A stretch of DNA of 62,337 nt, counting the filler, from Globobulimina sp. (lineage: Eukaryota): the NCBI GenBank assembly GCA_003354225.1. It is 22 parts of 22 records of this genome, joined end to end, with 100 filler letters (N's around TTAATTAATTAA, not from the genome) between each part and the next. Parts side by side here need not be neighbours in the genome. Positions count along the whole stretch, not along the records: positions 22,718 to 25,456 come from PIVH01005135.1; positions 25,557 to 28,295 come from PIVH01005136.1; positions 28,396 to 31,134 come from PIVH01005137.1; positions 31,235 to 33,973 come from PIVH01005138.1; positions 34,074 to 36,811 come from PIVH01005139.1; 17 more parts are not named here. One strand, written 5' to 3'. Position 1 is the first letter of the stretch. Every line of letters starts with the position of its first letter. Made by a program: the position numbers and the translations under genes. The notes below the pieces were generated by a model. That model saw only the letters and a program-made list of their open reading frames with translations, ran no database searches and was not told the DNA's origin. Below, one piece after another: positions 22,718 to 34,161 of the stretch.

Positions 22718-25456
22718 TTCTGCTAGTGTTAAGAATTTGCATCCTACCGTTTTTTGTATAATTCTTTTTACTATACCTATCAGTCTCTCGTAAAACCCTC
22801 CCATCCAAGGTGCTAATTCAGTTATAAATTTCCATTGTATGCCTTCTGTACGAGTATATTCTTTTGTATTTAGCCAAGTTAACTCTAATGATTTATCTGC
22901 TGCTTTAAATTGCTTTGCGTTATCTGATATAATCATTTTTGGTCTACCTCGACGTCCAATAAATCGTTTTAGTGCTGCAATAAACTCTTTAGTAGTCATG
23001 TCTGTTACTATTTCTAAATGTATTGCCCTTGTAGATGCACATGTGAATAAACAGACCCAAATTTTTTCGCTGTTTTTATGCCCTTTTACTTCAATCGGTC
23101 CCCAGTAGTCTATCCCGATGTATTCGAATGGTTTACTAGGACTAACTCTGAATTTTGGCCAAGGGGGTGCAGACGGAGGTTGATAAGTATTGTTCCAATA
23201 TCTTTTACATGTTCGACAGTTTTTTATCAGAGATTGTATCGGTGCACGACCTTGTGGAATCCAATACTCGTACCTTATTTGAGCTAATGTTTGTTTTACT
23301 CCTGCATGCATCAAACGTTCGTGACATTGTTTTATGACCAAATTTGTGAAATGACTGTGTCTGGGTAACAATTTGGGATGTTTTGTATCTCTTGGTAAAT
23401 CTGTATTTTGTAATCTACCCTTGCATCTAATTAAACCTTTTTCGTCCACATAAAGACCTAAATCCTTGACAAGTTGACCTGTTTCCTTTTTACGTAGAGA
23501 TGCTTTTATGTGTGCGAATTCTGTATCTTGAGCGTAAACTTCCCATACTTGCTTTGCCCAAATTAAATCATTGTCGTATGACGGCATTTGATCATTTTTG
23601 TATGCGGGTAAACCTTTTTTAAATTTAAAATAAATCATCCGAGCATCTGCTGTTACTCTAAGTAATTTATTCAATGACGAAAACCTTGTTATATCCATAC
23701 CTAATGGTGCTTCGATGCGTTTTGTTAATGCCAACATTGCCGTACTTGTGTGTGTATATTTTTCAATTTCTTGTTTCTCTTGAAACCATTCAGACTCTAC
23801 CTTATTTAACCATTTTGGACCGTTCCACCACAAAAGTTTGTCGAATTTTTCTTGTGGTTTTGTTGGAATGTCTGCTGGATTGTCCTTTGATGGCACATAC
23901 CGAAACTCTAAGCCTTCGACCTTTTTTATTAATTTTACTCTATTAGTTTCGAATATGGGCAAAACCTTTTCTGTATTAATCCATGCTAAGACACATTTTG
24001 AGTCTGACCAAAGTACTGTACGTGCGATGTTACACCGTAACTGTTCTCTTACAAATTCAATACATTTTGCACCTAATACTGCTCCCATTAATTCTAATCT
24101 TGGTATTGAAACTTGTTTTCCTTTATTATTAATGGATGCTAAGCGATTTTTGGCATAAATAAGTGTCGTGCTTGTTTTGTCATCCGTTATACGAAGGTAG
24201 ACAGCTGCCGCATATACTTTTTCTGATGCATCCGTGAAACAATGTAACTCTACATATTGTAACGCTGTTATTGGTCCGACGATTCGTGGCAATTTAATTG
24301 TAGGTACAATGTTTAGTATGTCCTTTAATTTTCCCCATTGCAACTTTATGTCCGAAGGTAATGCATCATCCCACTGTAACTGTTTTTGCCAAACTGTTTG
24401 TAACAATAATTTGCCTGCTGCAGTGTATGGATTGAATAATCCTAAGGGATCAAATAATTTTGCAATTGCCTTCGTCAAATTTCGTTTTGTATGTACTTCG
24501 ATTTCGTTTAATTTTGGGTCCACTAATGATATGAGATCGTTTTTTAAGTCCCATTTTATTCCCAAAACCTTTACTATTTCTCCTTTAGCTCTATCCTTTT
24601 CGGGTAAACTTTCAATGAATGCTTGTGAGTTTGAACTCCATTCTCGTAAATTCATCGATGCATCTTGAAACATACTTTTAGATATTTTGTAAAGTCGTAA
24701 CGCACTTTCTAAATTCGGTTCACTAACTACTACATTGTCGACATATAAATTTCTTGCTAATTTTGTTGCAATGTCTGAGTGAATAGTATTAGTGTATTGT
24801 TGTAAATGATGTCTAATTGTAGCCATCAATAAGAACGGACTGCAAGTTACTCCAAATCCTACACTTGTAAATCGATATATGACTAAATTGCCTTTATCTG
24901 TAATTGGATTGTTTATGTCGCGTATCCAAAGCAGTCTATTTACATCTCTATCTGTCGATGTGATAAGAATTTGTAAAAATGCTTTTTCTATATCTGCTGT
25001 GATACCGATTTTTTCTTTGCGTAATCTTAGCCATAAACCGACTATGTCTTCAAGACCCACCGGACCTCGATATAAAAGATCGTTTAGACTATTATCGTCT
25101 GTTTTTGATTTACTCGATGCATCGTAAACTACCCGAATTTTCGTTGTTGCTCTATCTGGTTTAATAACACAATGATGCGGTATGTAATATACTTTGTCAC
25201 TTGTTTGCATATCAGGTGTTACTTCCTCTATAATACCCAATTTTAAATGTTCTTGGAACACTTGATCATATTTTTCAATCATTCCTGGGGTTTTTGTCAG
25301 ATTTTTAATTAAGGAACGCAAACGTGTAAGTGCAACTCCGTAATTATCGTTTAATGGTGCACTCCTATCTTTATATGGATAATGCACTTCATACCTTTTT
25401 GCTTCTTCATTAAATTTAACTGTATCATTAAAATGTTTTTGTGCGATAAAGTCGTC
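22718..25456 (-). mobile_element. pol: BEL/Pao LTR retrotransposon pol fragment (RT - RNase H - integrase), open across the whole contig
   Basis: YYIPHHCVIK...TTKIRVVYDAS, ADIEKAFLQI, FGVTCSPF, NLYVDN, KVLGIKWD, FDPLGL, ELHCFTDASEKVYAAAVY, SIPRLELMGA, WSDSK, NPADIPTK, zinc finger H..HAG..CRTC, and integrase GIDYWGP / ISDNAKQF / ERLIG. Confidence 0.95.
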
Positions 25457-25556
25457 NNNNNNNNNNNNNNNNNNNNNNNNNNNNNNNNNNNNNNNNNNNN
25501 TTAATTAATTAANNNNNNNNNNNNNNNNNNNNNNNNNNNNNNNNNNNNNNNNNNNN

Positions 25557-26101
25557 GTGTGTTGAACTATAATATAAATGACCACAATGAAGATACAAAT
25601 AAAAAAACAAAAATTGACACAAACTGCACTAAACTGTAGAAAATATACATGTATTTTATCACATTCTGCTCGAAATCCTGCATCTTCCGTACAAATTATT
25701 TCTTTATCTGCTTGCTTAAAATCACCGCCGTTGCCTCGTTCCGCATAATGACGCCCAAAGCCTTTGCATTTTTTGATATGCTCACATTTTAACGTGTTCT
25801 CAAAATATTGGCATATTTCTTTCCCGATATTAATATATGACTCATTATCACGTGAATATTCCCAATGGTCGTGACTTCTCAATTTATCATTATCGCCATC
25901 AATATGCACTACTTTGATATGTGCGAAATCATCAAATAATTGCTTATGATCATATACTGCATATTTGCCATGCAATTGCTGTTGACAAATATCAAACAGC
26001 TTCACATTCTGCATTGTCTTTTGCAACAAATCATAGGCTTCCAACACCACACTTATTCTTTGAAACGGGCCACATTTCGTTGCTATTTCATCCATACTCA
26101 T
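25557..26101 (-). CDS. Hypothetical protein N-terminus with His/Cys motifs; intron 25567-25634, 3' partial
   Basis: CGPFQRI..L..Y, LFDDFAHIKVVH and CEHIKKCKGFGRH. Removing the 68-nt GT-AG intron gives DKIHVYFLHSTH. Confidence 0.6.
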
Positions 26102-26120
26102 ACCACAATGACACGGAGCA

Positions 26121-26789
26121 TCATGTTTTTTTTTCTTCTGCTGAATGTTGCGAATGAGGGCTGGGACGACTTTCTATCGATAATTGCTTGGCAGTTTTAT
26201 TCCGCAATAAAGCACAGAATTTATGTCTCATTTTTACTTCGTCAGCATTCAATTTAGGTTTAGCACTCTGCCCGGTATCACTGACATTGATTACGCATGG
26301 AAGCCACCATGGTGATGCTGGTAATGATATTGGCGCAGAAATGGTCCGTTTGATCGGATTAATTATACGTTCTATATAACAGTGATGTGAATTTGTTAAT
26401 TTTTTAAAGATTTCTGTAATACAACAGTTAAAAACATCATCACATTTCATCTCAGGCATCTCGTCAACTATTTTAGCACCGTATATGACCTTAAAATTGA
26501 AACAAGCGTTGCTTCCATGACCGTGATCAACGAAATGATCTTTGATTGCCTGTCTGATATCGTGCTCACCCATCTCGTTGAGCCGTTTTATAATACTCTG
26601 GAAAAGGTTTCTCATTTTTGCGGTATAATTTATGCAAGATATCTTTGAGTCAGCGGCATAAATTGGAACGTGACCGTCTGATTTTGACCACGATTTTGAT
26701 CGCACTGCCGAAGGTTCTGACATTGTGCAAAATATCCAAGTGGGACTGCTTCCGCCTCCAGTCTTTGAAAGATGGCTTCCCAAATACAT
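26121..26789 (-). CDS. Hypothetical protein; start uncertain
   Basis: 222-aa ORF with no recognised motif. Confidence 0.4.
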   Translation of the reverse strand: MYLGSHLSKTGGGSSPTWIFCTMSEPSAVRSKSWSKSDGHVPIYAADSKISCINYTAKMRNLFQSIIKRLNEMGEHDIRQAIKDHFVDHGHGSNACFNFKVIYGAKIVDEMPEMKCDDVFNCCITEIFKKLTNSHHCYIERIINPIKRTISAPISLPASPWWLPCVINVSDTGQSAKPKLNADEVKMRHKFCALLRNKTAKQLSIESRPSPHSQHSAEEKKT

Positions 26790-27098
26790 ACGTCATATAA
26801 TTGTAACGAAGGTGAAGATTTCAGTTTTAACGCGTGGATAGCCACAAATGGATTGACCGAAATCAAACAACTTTTTATTAAACACAATGCCATCACATCA
26901 TCCACGTTAAAAAATGATTCGGCACAATATCAATCATTAATGACTGACAAAGAAGTACGTTCCGATCCTGGTTTGATGAAAAAAATTATGAAGGCTGTGG
27001 CAACATTAATAAATAATCAAACTCCAATTATTATGTATGAGGAAGAACACGCAGCACAACGAAAGATGTCATCCTATTTAAAAGTTGGATCAAACTGA
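26772..27098 (+). CDS. Small protein with a SAM-like helical N-terminal domain
   Basis: FNAWIATNGLTEIKQLFIKHNAIT resembles the SAM pattern W L...GL..Y...F.....I. Confidence 0.45.
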   Translation: MASQIHTSYNCNEGEDFSFNAWIATNGLTEIKQLFIKHNAITSSTLKNDSAQYQSLMTDKEVRSDPGLMKKIMKAVATLINNQTPIIMYEEEHAAQRKMSSYLKVGSN

Positions 27099-27665
27099 AT
27101 CGATTTTGAATACATTAAACGATGAATTACCAAAAACTATTAAATTAACACATGGAACTTGTTTGAGATTTTGTCAGTATAGATGACTAATCGCCAAAAT
27201 CAAAATGCTTGTAACTTCCGCAATACTGATGCTATCCAAATTCTTTCTGGTGCAAAATGCATATAATTGAATTCTGCATCTTTTCCGCACAAAAAAATTT
27301 GTCGACGCGGTTTGAAAAAAATCTAGATTTGCCATTTCCTACCTCCAGTATACCTCCAGTTTTTTCGAAAATTTAAATGTAAGCATATATGGTTAAATGC
27401 TACCATAAAAAAAAATTGTATGTACCAAATATATTGTATGTTTAATATGTTGCGTATAAAGATGTTTTTTGTTGATTTCTGTATTCAAAATGAAAAGTTG
27501 TGATGTTTATCAGCTATAAAACATACACAACCGAAACACAAACAAAAAATTGTAAAATTAAAAAAAAATGTGATGATGGGATTTTAACCCAAATCTTCTT
27601 TAATTAGATGCTCTCATTGAGCAATCATCACAATAAATTGCACTGGTGGGAATGTCCAGTTTGCT

Positions 27666-27880
27666 TTGTCCACGATAACGAAAAGCCAAACTGTGTGCAC
27701 GGTGGTTATGTGCAGGTTGCTTTGTCCACGGTGGTATGTCAAGGTGGCTATGTCGCATATGTGGGTTATGTCATGGTGCTTTGTTCACGGTATTTATGTC
27801 AACAGTGACCGTGGGTTATGTTCACGGTGGTATGTAACGGTGGCTAGGTCGCGGTGGCTATGTCGCGGTGGTCTGTCGCA
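27666..27880. repeat. Degenerate minisatellite of (T/C)ACGGTGGT(T)ATGT-like units
   Basis: Repeated CACGGTGG / GGTGGCTATGTCGC / GTGGGTTATGT motifs. Confidence 0.65.
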
Positions 27881-28395
27881 TATATACGTAATCCAATTAA
27901 TTTAATACAACACCCATAATTTTATCACCATACCATAAGTAAATCCATCCTGAATGCCATAAGTAAATCTCATCCATACCATCTTGAATAATCATAATTG
28001 TATCACAATGAGCGGTATATGCTCCGTTTTCCATTTATAAACGGTACCAAATGCTACCAATTGGTGCAAATCCACCATAATACTCATAAGGAGCTGTGTA
28101 TGCTCCGTTCACCGTCGAAGCTGTGCCATGGTGACCAAAAAAAAAACGGGAAAACTGGAGGTAACTGGAGGTATCTAATTTTATCATGGGTATCGTATAC
28201 CAGCTTCCAGACTGTTCTAGAACCTCGTAGCAGTACACAGGTCGGGCAAATATACCCATTATCATTTTTTGAAAGTTACAAATATATAGGACCAANNNNN
28301 NNNNNNNNNNNNNNNNNNNNNNNNNNNNNNNNNNNNNNNTTAATTAATTAANNNNNNNNNNNNNNNNNNNNNNNNNNNNNNNNNNNNNNNNNNNN

Positions 28396-31134
28396 CCATA
28401 ATATTTTGAGGTAAATTTAATTGATAGAGAGAATTTTTTATTTTATTTTTTCTAGTCATTGGAATGCCTAAACTTTTATGTAAATGCAATACAATAATTT
28501 CTAAAGCTTTGTATGTTTGTATATTATTTATCGTATTTATATTGGTCAATGTCGGTATTGGTGTGGATATTGCTTGAGAAGCATCAATATCCATACATTC
28601 AAATAGTGCTTTTGTGTGCCATAACAACGATTCTTTTTGTTTCTCATTAAATCTATTCAATATTTTCCCTTTTGATGAAATAATTAATTGCGACACACAA
28701 TGAATCCATTTATTATTATTATCAGTGTGCGTAAATAATTCGAATATATTATCTGTTTCTTGCTGAGCCCATTGCAATAATATTTCAACAATTTCAGTTT
28801 CACCCAATTCCATCGCAATATGAATGGGCATTTTATTTTGTTTATTTTTTGCATTTAACAATTTTGCGATACTTGTATTATTATTTCCGCTAAAACTTAT
28901 AAACATATTAACACATTGAATATCGCCTAGCAATGCAGCATAATGTAATATATTGTTATTGGAGGGAACATCTGTATTGTTATTAAAATCGTAATCATAA
29001 TAATATAAAATCTGTAAACATTTTAACAAATATGCCTTATTTTTTGCATTCTCATTGTTTGATCTGTATCGAACTAAGCCATGCGCCAAATATCCACCAT
29101 ATGATTGACAGTAATAATTAATTTCTATGTTTTCCGTTTCTAATAATAACTGTAAAATATCTGGATTTGGATTCAATGCGTTTGTTAAAAACAAGGCGTG
29201 CAATATTGAATGTAAATAATTTTGATCTGGCGTCCAATGATTATCTTTCATAACATATTGCGCAAAGAATTCAACCACACCATTTTTACCATTCTTTACA
29301 GCGTAATACAATGGTGTCTGGCCGTGCATATCTTTGATGTAAAAAGCATTGGTTGCTTCAAATAAGACATTCAATTCGCCATTTTCATTCCCAATTAATT
29401 CATTTAAATAATTTGTATCCGGATCAATATGCAATTTATGTGTATCCCGTTTGACACTTTGCAAAAATGCATCTAATAAATGTACAAAGGAGCGACATTT
29501 GTTTCTATTTCGATTGTTATTTTTATATAAGAAACAATACTCAAATATATTAATACCACTCCGATTGCAATCTGATTCTAATTGTTTTATAAAGTTATTT
29601 GTTTCTGACGTTTCCAAGAATTCTTTTCTTCTTCTTTCAAATATATTATTTCGATTTAAATACAATTCCGAGGTGAATTCAGAATGATTGTCCAATAAAT
29701 TTAAGAAAAATAACCATATTAACTCTTCATACTGATTCATTAAATCGTTTTTATTTTCTATTAAATCAATCGAGTACAATGCATCAATAATTGTATAAAA
29801 TACATGTTGTTTTAATTGCTGCTCCATTTGATTTAATATATTTAATCCCAAACAAAAATGAAACAATCTCCCCATATTTGTCACCATTTGTTTTTCTTTA
29901 TGTTTATCAACACAGTTTCCTCCATTTTCGATACTAAACTGAATCGATTCTTTAATTCTTTGAAATATAAAATGTAACGGATAATCGATTTGCGTTACAT
30001 CAAAATGAAATTTCTTATTTTTTTTACTCTCGCATTTCAAATCTGCAGTTTTATGGAAAAAGTCATAAAAATATATGCGATCTTTTTGTTTACGTCTACG
30101 TATTGCTAATTGTTGGAATACCCGTTTTTGTTTTTGCTTCGATTGGTATTGCATCGGAGATTTCAAATCTTTTAACAATTTATAAAAATCGTCAATATCC
30201 AAATAACCAGTTTTATTCACATCGAATCGCGCAAATAATCGCTGTACATCCATCAAACTATCAACCCGCGATATTATTACTTTGCACCCACTATTTTGCA
30301 ACAAATAGCCCAACATTTTACAACTTGACAAATCTAAATTGGATAAACTACCAATTGATATCCGTATTGTTTTCAATTTACAAGTTTCAGAGTGCAGTGC
30401 TTCTAACAACGGAGTGACGGAGGCTTTGTCAAATTTAAATCCACAAAAATTCACATCCTCCACATATCCTTTTTTGATGGCCGCTAAACGAGGAACAAAT
30501 GTAGCAATGGGCACTTCCGCTAATTGCAAAACACTCAAAGCATACTCACTAAATAACATACCATGTAACCTGGCATCACACCGAAATTCAATGAAATGGA
30601 CCACTAAGTTTAATAATGATACACCAATTGAGATATATAAGTCTTTTGCTGCAATACCAAATTGATTTTGCTCTTTCAAATTTCCATCTGCCGCTGAATT
30701 ATTATATGTTAATTGTATGAAAATATAGGTTTGTAACAGTGTTTGTGGCACAGACTCGGAAAAAATCTCAATTGCTTTCCGATACGTTTTGACTGCTTTT
30801 ATCTGTCTGTCAGCCGCCGCAATTAAGCCAGTTCCAAAGATAAATGCATAAATACCATGCAATACTTCATACATTACGACCCAATATATTTCATACAAGG
30901 CACAGCACAGCGCACCAAACGGTGGAAACATATATAATATCAATATTATGTTGAATAGATAGTTATTATTCGACTTCTTTTCAATATATGTTTGTATAAA
31001 TCTTAAACTCGCACTCCATGCTAACACAAACGGCAAAGCTATAAATAAACAAGATAGCATAAACCATATCTTCTCATTTCCTGTATACAGTTCCAAGGCA
31101 ATTATAATATCGGTATACATATCAAAATACATAA
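28396..31134 (-). CDS. XK-related (scramblase-like) membrane domain fused to an EF-hand and ankyrin repeats; both ends partial
   Basis: XK-like DMYTDIIIALELY..WFMLSCLFIALP and EIFSESVPQTLLQTYI..ISIGVSLL. EF-hand FARFDVNKTGYLDIDDF. Ankyrin repeats GQTPLYYAVKNG, NNILHYAALLG and KMPIHIAMELGETEIVEILL. Confidence 0.8.
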
Positions 31135-31411
31135 NNNNNNNNNNNNNNNNNNNNNNNNNNNNNNNNNNNNNNNNNNNNTTAATTAATTAANNNNNNNNNN
31201 NNNNNNNNNNNNNNNNNNNNNNNNNNNNNNNNNNAGGGACTTAGTAAATCAGTTGGTAAGGGGCACACTGTCGATCCAGAGCTTTTTTTTAGAGGACTTA
31301 GTAAACGTAACAAATATAATCATGGAAACAGAATATGATACATATAGTTCAGAAACAATATCTCATTCAATTGGAATATTATTGTTTCTGAATGTATATA
31401 AATTGCATCGT

Positions 31412-31993
31412 TTAATTCCTGTAATACCTCAATAAAGAATTATATATTTCCATCGATGATGACAATCGATTTTCGTTTTGAAAGATGGCAGTGGATATTT
31501 TACATTTCTTCCTATAATCCACAGCAATTCTTTCCAACAATAAACAACCAAATCCAGCACCTGTGCCACCACAAAATGATTGATTTATAAGAAAGCCTTG
31601 TATATTGTCACAGGCTTCGACCATTGTTCGCAATGCACAGTTTGTTTCGTAAATTAATTCTTTGCCTGTTCCATAGTGAGCTTTTGCAAAATTATAACTT
31701 GCATCTTCCGCACCTGAGATGAGATACGAAGAATGTAATGTGTCTCGATACTTGTATCGTTTCCGTACATTCTCAATTGAATATGGATCCAAGTCAACAA
31801 ATAAATTGCGGGCTATATACTTTCCATTGCATGTTTCTTCAAAAAACGCTGATATTTGATCATCGTTTTCTATTTTATGTTGTTTATTGCCAGTGGATGA
31901 TATTCCTTGTTCCACGCAATATTGTTCCAATATACATTGTCCTATATTTACACCACACCCTCCAATATTCAATGTAAGTACTTGTCTGGGCAT
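31412..31993 (-). CDS. TUBA: Highly divergent alpha-tubulin-like protein, N-terminal GTPase domain only; continues into an intron or is truncated
   Basis: MPRQVLTLNIGGCGVNIG, ARNLFVDLDP, GAEDASYNFAKAHY, QSFCGGTGAGFG, LLERIAVDYRKK and EIYNSLL. Probable splice donor AG|GTATTA after YNSLL. Confidence 0.8.
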   Translation of the reverse strand: MPRQVLTLNIGGCGVNIGQCILEQYCVEQGISSTGNKQHKIENDDQISAFFEETCNGKYIARNLFVDLDPYSIENVRKRYKYRDTLHSSYLISGAEDASYNFAKAHYGTGKELIYETNCALRTMVEACDNIQGFLINQSFCGGTGAGFGCLLLERIAVDYRKKCKISTAIFQNENRLSSSMEIYNSLLRYYRN

Positions 31994-32071
31994 GGTATCT
32001 AACAGTATGTGCCTGACTTGGTTTATCTGCCAAAACATTATGGTGTTTGTGTTTATATGTTGCAGCAAATG

Positions 32072-32791
32072 CTATAAGAGGAGTATTTGCTCCCTATCAC
32101 CTCCTTTGCCTCTAAAGTCAACACACAGTTTATATTCTTTTTGGGTGTCAATAGCATCGAATGCGATACCAAAATCATCGCCATTTATTATGTATGATAA
32201 AGTACCTTTTATTTCCGAAAAGTCACATTTGATTGATATCGTATCATTATATTTTAGACAAATGGTATGCCGCTTATAAGGAGACCCTCCGCCTCGGCCT
32301 GATTGATTATGCCATAAGCTCCCATTAACAGTGCACATTCCATATCCTTGATTCGTTTCATCGTAAAAATATCCTTTAATCTCTTTATGTGTTTTTTCTG
32401 ATTCAATAATCCCAACAAATGTATCTCTAAAATAAGCTCTTTGTTCAGTATCAATCAATTGAATACTCCATATTTTTAACTCTCCAAATCGTACCGTATC
32501 CTGAGAAAACGCATGAGTTACAAGGAATTGATGTCCTTCCTTTTTTTTAAAATATGGATTTTCAATAATTGTAACACCAAATACATTGATATCGTCCCAT
32601 TCAGGGACTGGAACAATGTGATAAAATAAGAACACTAATTCAATTATTGCATTTGGAATGAGTTTGTGACAGTCTTTGTCATCATGAATATATCCAAACA
32701 CAAGCAGATTACTTGTTAACTCCTGGATTTTGTGATAATCTTTAGATTGCAGTAATTTATTTTGTTTTGATTTTGGTGTTTTGTTGTCCAT
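32072..32791 (-). CDS. Protein with an N-terminal LLVFGY..IP..II.L...FY motif and a C-terminal SPRY/B30.2-like domain
   Basis: C-terminal DTISIKCDF...GTLSYIINGDDFGIAF....YKLCV is a SPRY-type beta-sandwich pattern. Start placed at MDNKTPK. Confidence 0.65.
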   Translation of the reverse strand: MDNKTPKSKQNKLLQSKDYHKIQELTSNLLVFGYIHDDKDCHKLIPNAIIELVFLFYHIVPVPEWDDINVFGVTIIENPYFKKKEGHQFLVTHAFSQDTVRFGELKIWSIQLIDTEQRAYFRDTFVGIIESEKTHKEIKGYFYDETNQGYGMCTVNGSLWHNQSGRGGGSPYKRHTICLKYNDTISIKCDFSEIKGTLSYIINGDDFGIAFDAIDTQKEYKLCVDFRGKGGDREQILLL

Positions 32792-32845
32792 ATCCTGTAC
32801 AGCAAAAATCTTTGTTAAATAAAATGTTGAGTGAACTTTAAAACC

Positions 32846-33880
32846 ATGCCCAAAAGCAAAGATAGAGCGAAAAAGAAACAACAACACAAACACAAACACA
32901 AACCAGAATCCCCCAAAAAACTTGATGATGATTTATCTAATAAATCTACAGTTAAATATACAGTTAAAACTGATAGAAAAAAATTGTTAGTATTTGGTTA
33001 CATGAGAAAAATTCATAATGAAATGATTCAGATTCCAATGGATGTTATCAATTTATGTTTATTGTTTTATTATATCCCATACTATTCTGCTGAGATACGA
33101 CATCTTAAAACGAAAACATTTGTTTTAAAACACTATCAATTCCAAGCAAATATTTTTTACAATTCATTGACCTGCGCTTATGACTATAAATTGTCACTTA
33201 TCAAAAGAGGAAAAAAAGAACGTAATTGTATAGAATTAATCACATTATATCACGAATTGCTGCTACCCGCAGGAGATATAATCGATATTAATACTGCAAC
33301 GTTCACGGATTTACATAGAGATTTTAAGCTAGAATTCAAATTAATGCGTTCTAAATTAAATTTTGTGACAATGAATACAAAGATACTACGGATTGGGGAC
33401 TCATGCAACATAGCAAAAGCTCCGTATACTAAATACATGAAATATACAGAGTTTAATCCATATGTAAGCATGTCAACTAAATGCGATATTAAGTGCAGAA
33501 TAATGGATATTGCAAAGTACGTGGAAGTAACCAATATATTTTCAGCTAAGTTTGATAACAATTATTGGTGTTTGAAATATGAATCGGATAAATACCTTGC
33601 ATTGAGATTGTTGTCTTTGCCGATTGGAATTGAAAAAATTAAAGTGAAATGCATATTGAATGGCAAACATAAAATGACAAAACTGCTGCGATTGTTTGAC
33701 GGAGAGAATCAATGTCAATTTGATGTTGATTTTGAGACAAATGGTTTGCTGGAATTTAAGGTCAATATTGTTGTTCTGGAGGCGCACAGTGTTCATGCTA
33801 AGATTAATAAGAAAAAGTGGATGGATAACGGGTTCATTCAACCTAAAATGGGTAACAAATTTATCAGATTAGACTCATAA
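32846..33880 (+). CDS. Protein with an N-terminal LLVFGYMR..IPMDVINLCLLFY motif and a beta-rich, possibly MATH-like, C-terminus
   Basis: 344-aa ORF from MPKSK. Shares the motif with its divergent neighbour. C-terminal WCLKY..YLALRLLSLP..FKVNIVVL. Confidence 0.6.
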   Translation: MPKSKDRAKKKQQHKHKHKPESPKKLDDDLSNKSTVKYTVKTDRKKLLVFGYMRKIHNEMIQIPMDVINLCLLFYYIPYYSAEIRHLKTKTFVLKHYQFQANIFYNSLTCAYDYKLSLIKRGKKERNCIELITLYHELLLPAGDIIDINTATFTDLHRDFKLEFKLMRSKLNFVTMNTKILRIGDSCNIAKAPYTKYMKYTEFNPYVSMSTKCDIKCRIMDIAKYVEVTNIFSAKFDNNYWCLKYESDKYLALRLLSLPIGIEKIKVKCILNGKHKMTKLLRLFDGENQCQFDVDFETNGLLEFKVNIVVLEAHSVHAKINKKKWMDNGFIQPKMGNKFIRLDS

Positions 33881-34073
33881 ACCTTTTGCCAGGAATTGCA
33901 TAGTTCTGTGTGTTGTATATTTGTGTTTGATCACTTTGAGGCAACAAAAAAAAACTGTCAAGACACATTTCACNNNNNNNNNNNNNNNNNNNNNNNNNNN
34001 NNNNNNNNNNNNNNNNNTTAATTAATTAANNNNNNNNNNNNNNNNNNNNNNNNNNNNNNNNNNNNNNNNNNNN

Positions 34074-34161
34074 ATCCAAACCAAAGATATTGACAGCACA
34101 TTAAATATTAGTTTAAAATAAACTAATAAATAATTTAATTGGTTGACAAAATCTTCGACCA
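34074..34161. repeat. 88-bp direct repeat, outer copy (identical to 34747-34834)
   Basis: ATCCAAACCAAAGATATTGACAGC...TTGGTTGACAAAATCTTCGACCA occurs twice at an offset of 673 bp. Confidence 0.95.

Noticed and set aside
22839-25127. Numerous plus-strand ORFs within the BEL/Pao contig, and similar antisense ORFs over the REP, lipase, tubulin and coiled-coil genes
   Set aside because: They are antisense shadow frames of strong coding sequences and have no motifs.
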